Program-made: the position numbers and the translations under genes
Notes under the pieces: model-generated
Databases searched by the model: none
What the model saw: only the letters and a program-made list of their open reading frames with translations
Told to the model about the DNA's origin: nothing
Shown here: positions 16,679-25,902 of the stretch, piece by piece
Numbering within the stretch: the stretch's first letter is position 1
Layout of the letters: each line of letters begins with the position of its first letter
Assembly: GCA_020629435.1 (NCBI GenBank)
Contig: JAHDDI010000003.1
Location: forward strand, 24,075 to 56,771
Source: Minisyncoccota bacterium
Lineage (GTDB): Bacteria > Patescibacteriota > Minisyncoccia > Phycocordibacterales > GCA-2747955
Direction: 5' to 3'
Length of the DNA stretch: 32,697 nucleotides

Positions 16679-18393
16679 TACAACTTCATTACTTCTTCGA
16701 AACTAATTTTCCCACCGATTGCTTTTAAAATTGCGTCTTCCTTGAATGTAATCATTCCCTCTGATCGAGCTTGTTCATAAATGGCAAGAGACGACGGGTC
16801 AGTCAAAATAATTCGTTCTAATGCGTCACTCATCTCCATTACTTCGAATACACCTGTTCGACCTTTTGTTCCGGTTGGGTACTGGTCAGTAGGTTGTGGT
16901 TCGAATACTGTTTTTGCCTCTACAAATTGTTTCTTTTTTTCTTCAGGTAAATCATGTATCTGCTTGTCAATAAAATTACGGACTGATGCAGAAATTGGTA
17001 CTTCTTTACCACCTGTTGGAGCAAGTGTTCGTGACAATCGCTGTCCCACAACAGCAATCAATGTTGGTCCAATTAAATACCGTTCTACTCCCATATCAAC
17101 TAAACGTTGCACAACATCAGATGCTGTGTTGGTGTGGATTGTCGAGAGAACCAAGTGCCCCGTCAACGCTGCCTGGATGGCCAGTTTTGCTGTCTCGGTA
17201 TCACGAATCTCTCCCACCATAATAATATCGGGGTCCTGACGCAATACAGATCGTAACCCCTTGGCAAAGGTGTATCCAATATCAGGACGCATTTGTGATT
17301 GCGAGACCCCAGGAATATTTAACTCGATAGGGTTTTCGAGTGATAACACATTTTCTCCTGCCTTGTCTACTTCGTTTAAAAGTGAATACAGTGTATTTGT
17401 TTTTCCGGACCCAGTCGGTCCACACACCAAAATAATTCCATACGGTCGACCAATAGCCCGCTGCACCTTGGCCATGTTTTCTTCGGTGAATCCCAGTTCT
17501 GTCACGTTCATGGCACCACGTTCTGATTCTAATAGACGCATCACACATTTTTCACCATAGTACGTCGGAAACGTTGAAACACGAAAGTCAATTTTTCGAC
17601 CTAATAATTTTGCGGAAAAACGACCATCTTGCGGTACTCGTTTTTCATCCAATTTAATTTTTGACAGAATTTTTACTCGAGCGATAACTGAATTATGAAT
17701 ATTACGTGGCAGTGTTAAGTCCTTTTGTAGCACACCGTCGATTCGGTATCGGATGTCAGTTCCATACTCAAACGGTTCTATGTGAATATCAGATGTACCT
17801 GTTTCTGCAGCATGCTTTAGTACATTAGATACAATTTTTGTAATCGGAGCGTCTTCGGTTATTTTAGACGTCATGTCTTGGCTTGGGTCAATTGCCCCTA
17901 CTTCTGCTTGCAACGCTGCCTCATCAATAGCTAGTTCACCTAAGGCCTTTTTTACCTCACCTTTTAATCCTGAATAGTTTTTAATTACAAAATCATAAAA
18001 CTCATACGAGATAACGAACAGTTTATACGCCATTCCATTTCCCGCCGCCAAGAATTCTAAGGCAGACTTTGCTGCTAAATTTTCTGGATCTAAGATACCA
18101 ATTTCTACTGTATGGTCCTCGCTTATACCAATCGGGACTAAACCATAAACTGCAGCCGTGCTTTCCGGAATGTACTGTAAAATTTCTGGACTAATTGCTT
18201 TTTCACTTTCTTGTAATCGCACCGGGAGACTAGAAAAATACTCTTTTTTTGCATTAAAAAGCCTCGTCTCATCAGCGCCACGTTCAATAGCAACCTTATC
18301 TAATGGTTCCCCACGCAGCACGTCTTCTTCAATACGAGACACGTCTGACTGGTCTATAATACTATTTTGAACAAGATAATCTAAAAATGCCAT
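16678..18393 (-). CDS. pilB: Type IV pilus assembly ATPase PilB (GspE/PulE family)
   Basis: SDIHIEP, RYRIDG, PQDGRF, GPTGSGKT, LRQDPDIIMVGEIRD and AALTGHLVLSTIHTN. Confidence 0.9.
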   Translation of the reverse strand: MAFLDYLVQNSIIDQSDVSRIEEDVLRGEPLDKVAIERGADETRLFNAKKEYFSSLPVRLQESEKAISPEILQYIPESTAAVYGLVPIGISEDHTVEIGILDPENLAAKSALEFLAAGNGMAYKLFVISYEFYDFVIKNYSGLKGEVKKALGELAIDEAALQAEVGAIDPSQDMTSKITEDAPITKIVSNVLKHAAETGTSDIHIEPFEYGTDIRYRIDGVLQKDLTLPRNIHNSVIARVKILSKIKLDEKRVPQDGRFSAKLLGRKIDFRVSTFPTYYGEKCVMRLLESERGAMNVTELGFTEENMAKVQRAIGRPYGIILVCGPTGSGKTNTLYSLLNEVDKAGENVLSLENPIELNIPGVSQSQMRPDIGYTFAKGLRSVLRQDPDIIMVGEIRDTETAKLAIQAALTGHLVLSTIHTNTASDVVQRLVDMGVERYLIGPTLIAVVGQRLSRTLAPTGGKEVPISASVRNFIDKQIHDLPEEKKKQFVEAKTVFEPQPTDQYPTGTKGRTGVFEVMEMSDALERIILTDPSSLAIYEQARSEGMITFKEDAILKAIGGKISFEEVMKL

Positions 18394-18407
18394 GTATGTT
18401 ATGTATA

Positions 18408-18830
18408 TTAGTTAGAAGAACCATTAGGCTCGTCTGTATTTTGGTTTTCGGTCACATCGTTAAGTACACCTGCTCCCTCCACTTCTTGTATTGATCCTGC
18501 TTCTGCAATATTAGGTTGCTTGAACGGATTGTCTCGACCAATAGGTTGGTCTTGTATCTCAACAGAAAAGTCAATCAATTGAACAAACGCATCTTCTTGG
18601 AAAAAATCATTGTCGATATTAATTGTTTTTAACCTGTTAAGTGTTCCAACAATTTCTCGACCAATCTCAGAGCTAACAATTGAATCACTTTCTGATCGCA
18701 GTGAGCCCGCGTTTTCAGCCTTGGATGGGTCAAGAACAAAAATTTTATAGGCAAACATCAAAGCAACTATTACCAGAACAGCAATTATTACTTTTTTAAA
18801 TTTTTGAAGTGTAGTTTTTAAAGCATCCAT
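18408..18830 (-). CDS. Hypothetical bitopic membrane protein, PilP-like by position
   Basis: Single N-terminal TM and a GRDNPF motif; lies between pilO-like and pilB. Confidence 0.55.
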   Translation of the reverse strand: MDALKTTLQKFKKVIIAVLVIVALMFAYKIFVLDPSKAENAGSLRSESDSIVSSEIGREIVGTLNRLKTINIDNDFFQEDAFVQLIDFSVEIQDQPIGRDNPFKQPNIAEAGSIQEVEGAGVLNDVTENQNTDEPNGSSN

Positions 18831-18839
18831 AGTTTTATA

Positions 18840-19394
18840 TTATTCAGTTGGTAACCAATATGTCTTAATTCCGACATTGAAACGATAGAAGTCGACCTCT
18901 TCTGGGATTTCACTAATTTCAATTGATGTGACGTCAATAATTCGCAGAGACAGTGCTAGGTCATCGATAAAGTCTTTGAAATTTTCGTAAGTTGTTACTA
19001 CCGTAAAGTTGAATCCCACTACACCATACAGTCCCTGATCTGAAACATTGATTTCCTCCACTCCAGCACTATTGTCGGTTAGATTAATCTTGATATCACG
19101 AATAGTCATACCTCGTTTACTAGCAACAGAGTTAACATCCAAAATAAGACGAATATTATCGATATGTGTTGGCAACATTTTAGACAGCCTATTTAGATCT
19201 TCTTCAGAAATTGCATTATAACTTTGCTGGATATCGTTTCTGAATTCACGTATTTCAACTGTTTTTGCCAATGTCTCTTCATATCGGGTTTTTTCAACTT
19301 GCCTCTCTTGGATTAGCTGATACTGAGGATCTACCCATGTAGCAAAAAGCCCTACAGAAAGCATAATGAGAATAACAGGTACAAGAAATTGCAT
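18840..19394 (-). CDS. pilO: PilO-like type IV pilus inner-membrane protein
   Basis: N-terminal TM, coiled coil, MLP, Y..F..FI..L..SLRIIDV and C-terminal TY. Confidence 0.75.
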   Translation of the reverse strand: MQFLVPVILIMLSVGLFATWVDPQYQLIQERQVEKTRYEETLAKTVEIREFRNDIQQSYNAISEEDLNRLSKMLPTHIDNIRLILDVNSVASKRGMTIRDIKINLTDNSAGVEEINVSDQGLYGVVGFNFTVVTTYENFKDFIDDLALSLRIIDVTSIEISEIPEEVDFYRFNVGIKTYWLPTE

Positions 19395-19398
19395 ATAT

Positions 19399-19974
19399 CT
19401 ATAGGTTAGTGATAAATAAATCCTGGTCTAAGGTGAACGACAAATCAAACTGAATTCCACCTTCTCGTGCTTGATTTACTCCGCTGAGTAATAAATCTTT
19501 CATCTGACTCCCTTCTCGACCATAACGGTCAGCCTGTAGTGCAACATGTGCATAGGTTGGTGCAAATCCCCGAGACGAGACCACAACATTAGGGCCATCA
19601 GTATTAAAGCTAAAGTCTGACAGATATATATCAGTCAATGTATCTTCTTCTAAGATACTGAATATTTCAGAAATATTTACGTGGTTATCCAAAATAACGG
19701 TTGCAGACTTGATCCGGTTATTAACATTGATAAACTCCTCTACTGTAGACAGCCCATAGTTGTCACGGTTTTTCTGTAACTCTTCTAGTGCTTGTGAGTT
19801 TGCGGATTCTATTTGTTGTAACCACAAGAAAACTCCCAAAGATGCCAATAGGGATGTCAAAAAAATAATAATCGCAATTAACAGAAAAAGATTGGCAGCG
19901 AGAGGTGCCCGCACTTTTTGTTTGCTTTTAATATCTCCCTTGGGAATAAATGACGCGTTAATACCTCTATCCAT
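19399..19974 (-). CDS. PilN-like type IV pilus inner-membrane protein
   Basis: SFIPK, a TM segment, a coiled coil and a ferredoxin-like beta/alpha pattern; upstream of pilO. Start at the ATG at 19974, 6 nt after TATAAT. Confidence 0.65.
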   Translation of the reverse strand: MDRGINASFIPKGDIKSKQKVRAPLAANLFLLIAIIIFLTSLLASLGVFLWLQQIESANSQALEELQKNRDNYGLSTVEEFINVNNRIKSATVILDNHVNISEIFSILEEDTLTDIYLSDFSFNTDGPNVVVSSRGFAPTYAHVALQADRYGREGSQMKDLLLSGVNQAREGGIQFDLSFTLDQDLFITNL

Positions 19975-20045
19975 ATACTGATTATATCCCGCGCAAGGAT
20001 GCAAACCAAACAAAACTGTGGGGATAAGGAAGTATCCAATATGGT

Positions 20046-20087
20046 AGATAGAACAAAACACACCTCATGGTGTGTTTTGTTCTATCT
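20046..20087. terminator. Terminator closing the pilin-like array
   Basis: Perfect 19-bp stem agatagaacaaaacacacc-tcat-ggtgtgttttgttctatct. Confidence 0.8.
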
Positions 20088-20103
20088 GTTATTCATGAGT
20101 ACT

Positions 20104-20391
20104 TTACCGGAACCCACCATCTATTTCTATTTGTTGGTCTGCAGGATTTGCACCAACAGTCGACGTGATGAAATTAATTATCCCGCCTACAGAGAACATA
20201 ATGGTCATTCCAACCAGTCCCCAAATCATATGACTTTTTCCAACAGAATTATCAGTCTGTCCGTCAGAGACACTAACCATAAATTGAAACAAACCCCAAA
20301 AGAAAAACAGTAACGCCGCTGCAAAACCCAATGTAATCAAAGGATCAATTAACACGGTAATGAATTTTCCTAACGCTTGTTCGATGGTCAT
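20104..20391 (-). CDS. TrbC/VirB2-like pilin paralog, no signal peptide
   Basis: Two TM helices joined by a charged loop; ALLFFFWGL..F..GK.HMIWG. Confidence 0.72.
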   Translation of the reverse strand: MTIEQALGKFITVLIDPLITLGFAAALLFFFWGLFQFMVSVSDGQTDNSVGKSHMIWGLVGMTIMFSVGGIINFITSTVGANPADQQIEIDGGFR

Positions 20392-20420
20392 ATACTAAGT
20401 ATGTATTATTCTTTAGAATA

Positions 20421-20777
20421 TTACCCTCCCCCTGCACTTCCTCGATTCAGTCCGTTTACACTTGGAACATCAATTGAATCTGTGTTTTGAAGATTTAATG
20501 TGTTTTGCATGAAACTTACTAGTCCAAATACAGATGACATCACAAATATTGCAATAACACCCCAAATCATTGTGCTTTTTCCTTTTTCTTTGTCGTCTCC
20601 TTCTTTTAGGATAAACATTGCTAGCCCATAGAAGAAGAATAGTAGTGCTGCTGCAAATGCAATCGGTGTTAGTGACGCGATCCATCTTCCAACTGTTTCA
20701 ATTAATCCATCGACATTATTTTGTCCAAATGCGATTGCTGGTGCTACAAAACCAACTGCGATAATAAGTTTTTTCAT
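20421..20777 (-). CDS. TrbC/VirB2-like pilin paralog
   Basis: Signal peptide ending AFG|QNN; ALLFFFYGL..F..EKGKSTMIWGVIAIFVM. Confidence 0.75.
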   Translation of the reverse strand: MKKLIIAVGFVAPAIAFGQNNVDGLIETVGRWIASLTPIAFAAALLFFFYGLAMFILKEGDDKEKGKSTMIWGVIAIFVMSSVFGLVSFMQNTLNLQNTDSIDVPSVNGLNRGSAGGG

Positions 20778-20861
20778 AAAAAATAATTTAACAATAATAA
20801 TTATACCTATTTATTGTACCACTGCGCAATACAAGTACAACGTTCTAATCCACACAACCAT

Positions 20862-21227
20862 CTATCGAAATTCAATAGATGGTTGTGTTGGTGCTTTGAC
20901 ATTATTAACTCCAAATGAACTTTGTAAAAAACCAACCAGCCCCCAAATAGATGCCATCACGAACAATGTTATCACCCCCCAAATCATTAGATTACGCCCC
21001 TTTGCGTGCTCTCCACTATCACCGGCTGCCAACATAAATTGGACTAGTCCCACAAAAAATAACAGCAACGCAAGCGCGAATGCAACAGGTATCAACAACT
21101 GTACCCAACCCAGTACAGTATCAACCAGACTAAATACATTATTATTCTGACCAAAAACTATTGCAGGAAAAAATATCAGTCCAATTTGTAACAAACCTTT
21201 TGTAGTTTGAAATTTAAAAATATTCAT
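20862..21227 (-). CDS. TrbC/VirB2-like pilin paralog
   Basis: VFG|QNN; ALLLFFVGL.QF..AGDSGEHAKGRNLMIWG. Start set at the ATG at 21227. Confidence 0.75.
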   Translation of the reverse strand: MNIFKFQTTKGLLQIGLIFFPAIVFGQNNNVFSLVDTVLGWVQLLIPVAFALALLLFFVGLVQFMLAAGDSGEHAKGRNLMIWGVITLFVMASIWGLVGFLQSSFGVNNVKAPTQPSIEFR

Positions 21228-21228
21228 A

Positions 21229-21564
21229 TTATAAAGTAAAAATACTGTCTGCAATAAATGCAATTATTCCCCATAACGACCCCATAACAAAGAAAATGAC
21301 AATTCCCCACAACATGAGACTGCGTCCACGTGCGTGTTCCCCTGCGTCGCCAGCAGAATAAATGAATTTAGCCAATCCCCAAAAGAAAACTAACAATGAA
21401 CCCGCTGCCAAAAGTGCTACTAAATTATTCATCAGTGACACCAAAACATCGACAAAGCCTCCCAGTGATCGCCCTTGGTTGTTTACTAATATTGGATTAT
21501 TTTGTGCCGCAGTAGTTGAGACTATAGCGAACCAAAGCGATATCGTTGTAATCGTTTTTTTCAT
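21229..21564 (-). CDS. TrbC/VirB2-like pilin paralog
   Basis: TAA|QNN; LLVFFWGLAKFI.SAGDAGEHARGRSLMLWG. Confidence 0.75.
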   Translation of the reverse strand: MKKTITTISLWFAIVSTTAAQNNPILVNNQGRSLGGFVDVLVSLMNNLVALLAAGSLLVFFWGLAKFIYSAGDAGEHARGRSLMLWGIVIFFVMGSLWGIIAFIADSIFTL

Positions 21565-21565
21565 A

Positions 21566-21940
21566 TTATCGAATTATTTGGTCTACGGTATTGGTAACTA
21601 ATTCCAGAATTACATATGCGCCTAACAAAACAACTCCTCCAATAATTACATAGAGAAAATTTGTTTTTGCTTGTGCCAATTTCTGATCATTACCTTGAGC
21701 TGATACAAATTGAAATCCTGACCACAGCAGTGCCAATGTAATAACAATTGGTGCGATTAAACCTACCAAAATATCTTTCACAATGTATACAACTAATTCC
21801 TGTAGCCCCATACCGTCTTTTAGTGGATTACATAATTTACCTCCACAAGTTGGACCCTGGGCGTTTTGAGCATGAGTGATGGCCGGAACCAATACTGTCC
21901 ACACAAACACAAACCCAGGTATCATTATTGTTTTATTCAT
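21566..21940 (-). CDS. TrbC/VirB2-like pilin paralog
   Basis: THA|QNA; LCNPL, SGFQFVSAQGNDQKLAQAK..YVIIG. Confidence 0.75.
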   Translation of the reverse strand: MNKTIMIPGFVFVWTVLVPAITHAQNAQGPTCGGKLCNPLKDGMGLQELVVYIVKDILVGLIAPIVITLALLWSGFQFVSAQGNDQKLAQAKTNFLYVIIGGVVLLGAYVILELVTNTVDQIIR

Positions 21941-21950
21941 AATATCTATA

Positions 21951-23270
21951 TTACTGATTTTCTAATAAATTGGAAACGTCGTCGTCTATAAAATCTTGCC
22001 GCAAGAATGTCCCCATAAATGTCGAGACTAACAACCATGCCAACAACACGACACAGAATCCCCCGATTGCTTTAAATATTGCTGACTTGGCCTGGGCTAA
22101 TTCTGCAGAGTTACCTCGTGCTGTAACCAGTTTAAACCCTGCAATAAATATTGCCAACACAACAGCAATAGCCGCAGCCCATATAATGAACGTGACCACA
22201 TTATTGATTAATTGAACAAATTCCAACCATCCGCATGTTTTCCCTGTTCCGTCTGTTCCACATTCTGGAACCAGACCACCTTCTGATCCACCAAATTTAG
22301 TTTCATTAAAAATACGTTCTTGTTCAGCACGGATCCGCTCTAGTCGTTCTGCCTCTGCTGCATTGGCCAATTCTTCTGCTTCTAATTCTATTTGCGCTTC
22401 TGTTCTCCCCACAAGACCTTCATCATTCATACACCACTTCACGTCTGTACCCGACTGGTGTCCAGTTGAATCGACAATAGGGATCTCAATCATTCGACAC
22501 AATGCAGAAGATATTTGCTGTGACTCTTCAGGGTACTTTAAAATAAACCTCGCCTCACATTGCTGTTCATTTTGATACGTACAATCACGACCTGTACCAA
22601 CCCCGAATTGATCTTCGATATCAGGCTCTTGTCTTTGTTCATAAGTAAAACAAACTTGATCAAAACTATATCCCTCACCACTCTGTTGTCTTCTTTCACA
22701 AGAATCCGATTGCTCCATCCATTGCGTATAGGGTCCCTGTGCTAAATTACACTGAGTAAGTGCTTCATTTAGACCAAGTTGATTTACATCAAAACAATTT
22801 TGTGGCGGCCTTGATACACTAATAAATGTATGTAATTTTTCTGTCACAGAATCATCTGAACACGCCGATCCTGAAACCCATTTTCCATTAAATAATCCAG
22901 TTGGATCAAAAAAACATGTATTAGTACATGACCCGCCCGAAGAAGGAAAAAACTGTGCTTGCTCTAGACAAATATTTTCTGACTCATCTAGATCCGCTGC
23001 CTCATGAACCACAATTTGACTTGGATCTATACCCGCACAGAGATAATTTGTGATTGAATCATAAATTGGCGTATCAACCTGGATGTATACATTTCGAGGT
23101 GAAACAGTTGCCCACTCAAAACCTTCTTCAAATACTGCTTCGAGTTGCGCATCATCAAGAGCGCACCCCACTGGTGCCCCATTTACTATACTTGGAATTG
23201 TAAAGATACTAATCAGGCTTGCGGTAAATACAAATAGTATTTTGTTTAAACTAATTCTGTAATAATTCAT
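21951..23270 (-). CDS. Large Cys-rich exported protein with a C-terminal VirB2-like pilin domain
   Basis: Signal-like N-terminus and many Cys. C-terminal GLVPECG..C..AGFKLVTARGNSAELAQAK..AIGG matches 21566..21940. Start set at the ATG at 23270. Confidence 0.7.
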   Translation of the reverse strand: MNYYRISLNKILFVFTASLISIFTIPSIVNGAPVGCALDDAQLEAVFEEGFEWATVSPRNVYIQVDTPIYDSITNYLCAGIDPSQIVVHEAADLDESENICLEQAQFFPSSGGSCTNTCFFDPTGLFNGKWVSGSACSDDSVTEKLHTFISVSRPPQNCFDVNQLGLNEALTQCNLAQGPYTQWMEQSDSCERRQQSGEGYSFDQVCFTYEQRQEPDIEDQFGVGTGRDCTYQNEQQCEARFILKYPEESQQISSALCRMIEIPIVDSTGHQSGTDVKWCMNDEGLVGRTEAQIELEAEELANAAEAERLERIRAEQERIFNETKFGGSEGGLVPECGTDGTGKTCGWLEFVQLINNVVTFIIWAAAIAVVLAIFIAGFKLVTARGNSAELAQAKSAIFKAIGGFCVVLLAWLLVSTFMGTFLRQDFIDDDVSNLLENQ

Positions 23271-24552
23271 CAAGTTCAGCGTTAGAGACAGAAATCGCTT
23301 GGTCAATTGACCTCTGTCCACTAGTAATATATTCAATCATACGTGAAAAAATTCCATTCGTCGATTGTTCATTGGGGTCAATGAATGTTCGAGCATAAAT
23401 TGCCTCGGTCTTTAACACGTCTTGATACACCTCTTCTGAAACTGTGTTGACCAAGTCTCGTCGTACTGGTGCCAAATTTGATAGATCTAAAAATAAATTT
23501 GCCCCCAATTGGCTGGTCATGTTGGTCGCAGCAGTAAATGCACCACCAATGTTATCTGATGCACGTGGAATCATAAACCCATGCAGTCGTGCATGAACTG
23601 ACTTACGTCGAGACACGTCTTCATCAACAGCCGGAATTTCTGCAATAGCAAAGTTTAAATTTGGATTTTTCAGACGTAGTCCAGCAATATCTGAAGCGGG
23701 TGCAAAATAGACGGCTAATTTACCCGCCAGGAACTGCTCTTCTGCTGATAGCAGTGATCTGTTCCAAGAATATACCCCCTTGGATGCATCCGAAAATTCT
23801 GTATAAAACCGCAACACAGGCAGTGCGGATTCCACGGTGTCGTTTCCTTTTAATATGGCGTACATGTTTCCGTCTTGTGCTTGATACGTTATTGGGTTTC
23901 CAATTTGGAACAACAACGTTGCTAATATTTCTCGATAGTAATTAACATTCCGAGTCTCCCCAAATGCAATTGTTGACTGCAAAACATTTAGTGATTCATC
24001 AACAATGCTCAGCTCTGGTGCTAGTTCAAAAAAATCAGGCCATGACTTGGGTGGTTGTGCTAAACCAGCCGATGCAAACAAATCTCGATTCCAGTACATA
24101 ACCAGTGGATCAGATGCCAATGGTAATGCAACAATTCCACCATCACGAAAATACACTTCTGCTAATTCAACAAAATTTTCTTGAAATATACGCTTAGAGT
24201 AGCTTTCTGATGTTAGCGTGTATGTTTTATTTAAATATCGACTCATTTGTGTTTCATCAATAAACAACAAATCTGGTGACCGTCCAGATGCAAGTGCCTC
24301 TAGGACTTCTTCATCAAACTGACTTTCAGGGAAATAAGTATATTTTACCTTGTCGAATCCTTCAAAATTATTTTGCATCAACGATAAGTACTGTTTAAAT
24401 TGTTTTGAATCATATGATCCCCATATTTCCACAGACCCAATTTGTGGACCGGAATCTTTGGCAGAAAAGGTAGCAAAGGATATCACACCCCCTATAATCA
24501 ATAGAGCAAATATTCCCATCAATGCCAACCTGAAAAGTGATTTGTCTTGCAT
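23251..24552 (-). CDS. Extracellular solute-binding protein (sugar-binding family 1 type), N-terminally anchored
   Basis: TM anchor, EIWG, LASGRSPDL, ALPL..D.L.MYWNRDLF..AG..PPKSW and F..GK.A; no permease adjacent. Start set at the ATG at 24552. Confidence 0.8.
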   Translation of the reverse strand: MQDKSLFRLALMGIFALLIIGGVISFATFSAKDSGPQIGSVEIWGSYDSKQFKQYLSLMQNNFEGFDKVKYTYFPESQFDEEVLEALASGRSPDLLFIDETQMSRYLNKTYTLTSESYSKRIFQENFVELAEVYFRDGGIVALPLASDPLVMYWNRDLFASAGLAQPPKSWPDFFELAPELSIVDESLNVLQSTIAFGETRNVNYYREILATLLFQIGNPITYQAQDGNMYAILKGNDTVESALPVLRFYTEFSDASKGVYSWNRSLLSAEEQFLAGKLAVYFAPASDIAGLRLKNPNLNFAIAEIPAVDEDVSRRKSVHARLHGFMIPRASDNIGGAFTAATNMTSQLGANLFLDLSNLAPVRRDLVNTVSEEVYQDVLKTEAIYARTFIDPNEQSTNGIFSRMIEYITSGQRSIDQAISVSNAELDELLQN

Positions 24553-24553
24553 A

Positions 24554-25111
24554 TTAATTACTATTATTTGATATATTATTTGCCTGTCGAGCAATTACTC
24601 CGTAGTGATGGTCTCCAGCGCTAAATTCTTTTTCCAAAACAAACCCACTACTTTGCAAAAGCTCTGTTGCAGCTGATTGGTCACAAATTAACGCACTGTC
24701 TGGACCCAAACCATTGTGGCTATCAGTCCAGTCGATGACAATTAGTCGTCCATTTGGTCGCATTATTCGGGACGCTTCGGTGATTGCAGATGCTTTGTCT
24801 TCTAACTGGAACAGTGTGTTACATAATAAAACTGAATCAGCTACATTATCCTGTAATTTAGTTCCACGAACAATTTCGATATCTGCATGGATAATCTCAA
24901 TATTTGAAATCCCCTGCTCTTGTGATTCGGTCGCAATTCGTTCTAACAGTTCGTGCTGTACATCAACCGCATATACTCGCCCCTCTGGACCAATTAGTTG
25001 TGCAGCAGCCCGGGCATAATGCCCACTTCCAGAACCCAAGTCAACAACAACTGACCCGGCTCCCATTCCAATATTGTTTAAGATTTTTTGTGGTTCAGAA
25101 AAATTATTCAT
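24554..25111 (-). CDS. Class I SAM-dependent methyltransferase
   Basis: VVDLGSGSG, VYAVDVQ and R.MRPNGRL.VIDW. Confidence 0.88.
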   Translation of the reverse strand: MNNFSEPQKILNNIGMGAGSVVVDLGSGSGHYARAAAQLIGPEGRVYAVDVQHELLERIATESQEQGISNIEIIHADIEIVRGTKLQDNVADSVLLCNTLFQLEDKASAITEASRIMRPNGRLIVIDWTDSHNGLGPDSALICDQSAATELLQSSGFVLEKEFSAGDHHYGVIARQANNISNNSN

Positions 25112-25175
25112 ACCATCTATTATATGTCTAAATTATGTATCAACAAACAACACATGTTAACAGATAGGCCAGGGT

Positions 25176-25766
25176 TTATTTTTGTTTACTAACTGCACTG
25201 GTGTATCCCTCGGCTATGATGCGTTGGATATACGTATCTGATCTGTCCGCAATATCCGCCAATTGCCCTGTATATTTTCGGGACATTTTTCTTTTGACCA
25301 AATAATTCTGTACTGCATTATTTCCTTTTGGTTTTCGAGGATTACCAAACCAGTCCGTAGGGCAAACACCTATGCGTATACGTATAAAATTTCGGCCATT
25401 TAGTACCTCTTCAATGCTTTTTATGCCATTATGCCCCCCACTTCCTCGATTTCGAGCAATTTTAACGACACCAAAGGGTAAATCAATGTCATCATACACA
25501 ACAATAACCTTGTCTATGTCGATATCATTAATATCTTTGAGTGATTTTCCTGACTCGTTCATAAATGTTTGTGGCTTAATCAGTGTTACACCGCATTCAC
25601 CAATAACACCTTGTGAAATATCTGCCTTACGCATACGGTCAAAACTAAAATCATCAAAATCAATATTATGTTTTTTTTGCAACAAGTCTAAAATCATCCA
25701 TCCAATGTTATGTGGTGTATCCTGATACTGCTCTCCTGGATTACCTAATCCAACTATATAAAACAT
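25176..25766 (-). CDS. pth: Peptidyl-tRNA hydrolase
   Basis: IVGLGNPG..Y..T.HNIG, KPQTFMNESG, DDIDLP, GGHNGIKSI and RIRIGV. Confidence 0.95.
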   Translation of the reverse strand: MFYIVGLGNPGEQYQDTPHNIGWMILDLLQKKHNIDFDDFSFDRMRKADISQGVIGECGVTLIKPQTFMNESGKSLKDINDIDIDKVIVVYDDIDLPFGVVKIARNRGSGGHNGIKSIEEVLNGRNFIRIRIGVCPTDWFGNPRKPKGNNAVQNYLVKRKMSRKYTGQLADIADRSDTYIQRIIAEGYTSAVSKQK

Positions 25767-25886
25767 CTTGCTATTGTATCATCTTACTGTGAGCCCCAAA
25801 ATCATCAATTTCTGAATCATTTATATATTTTTGTGAATTCTCCTTAATGCCGAATCCTTGCTCTTGCTCGTATAATTGCCTTTTTC

Positions 25887-25895
25887 TGGTATAAT
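25887..25895 (+). promoter_or_regulatory. Extended -10 promoter (TGgTATAAT), 7 nt before the lepB ATG at 25903
   Basis: Perfect TGnTATAAT. Confidence 0.65.
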
Positions 25896-25902
25896 CATGC
25901 CG

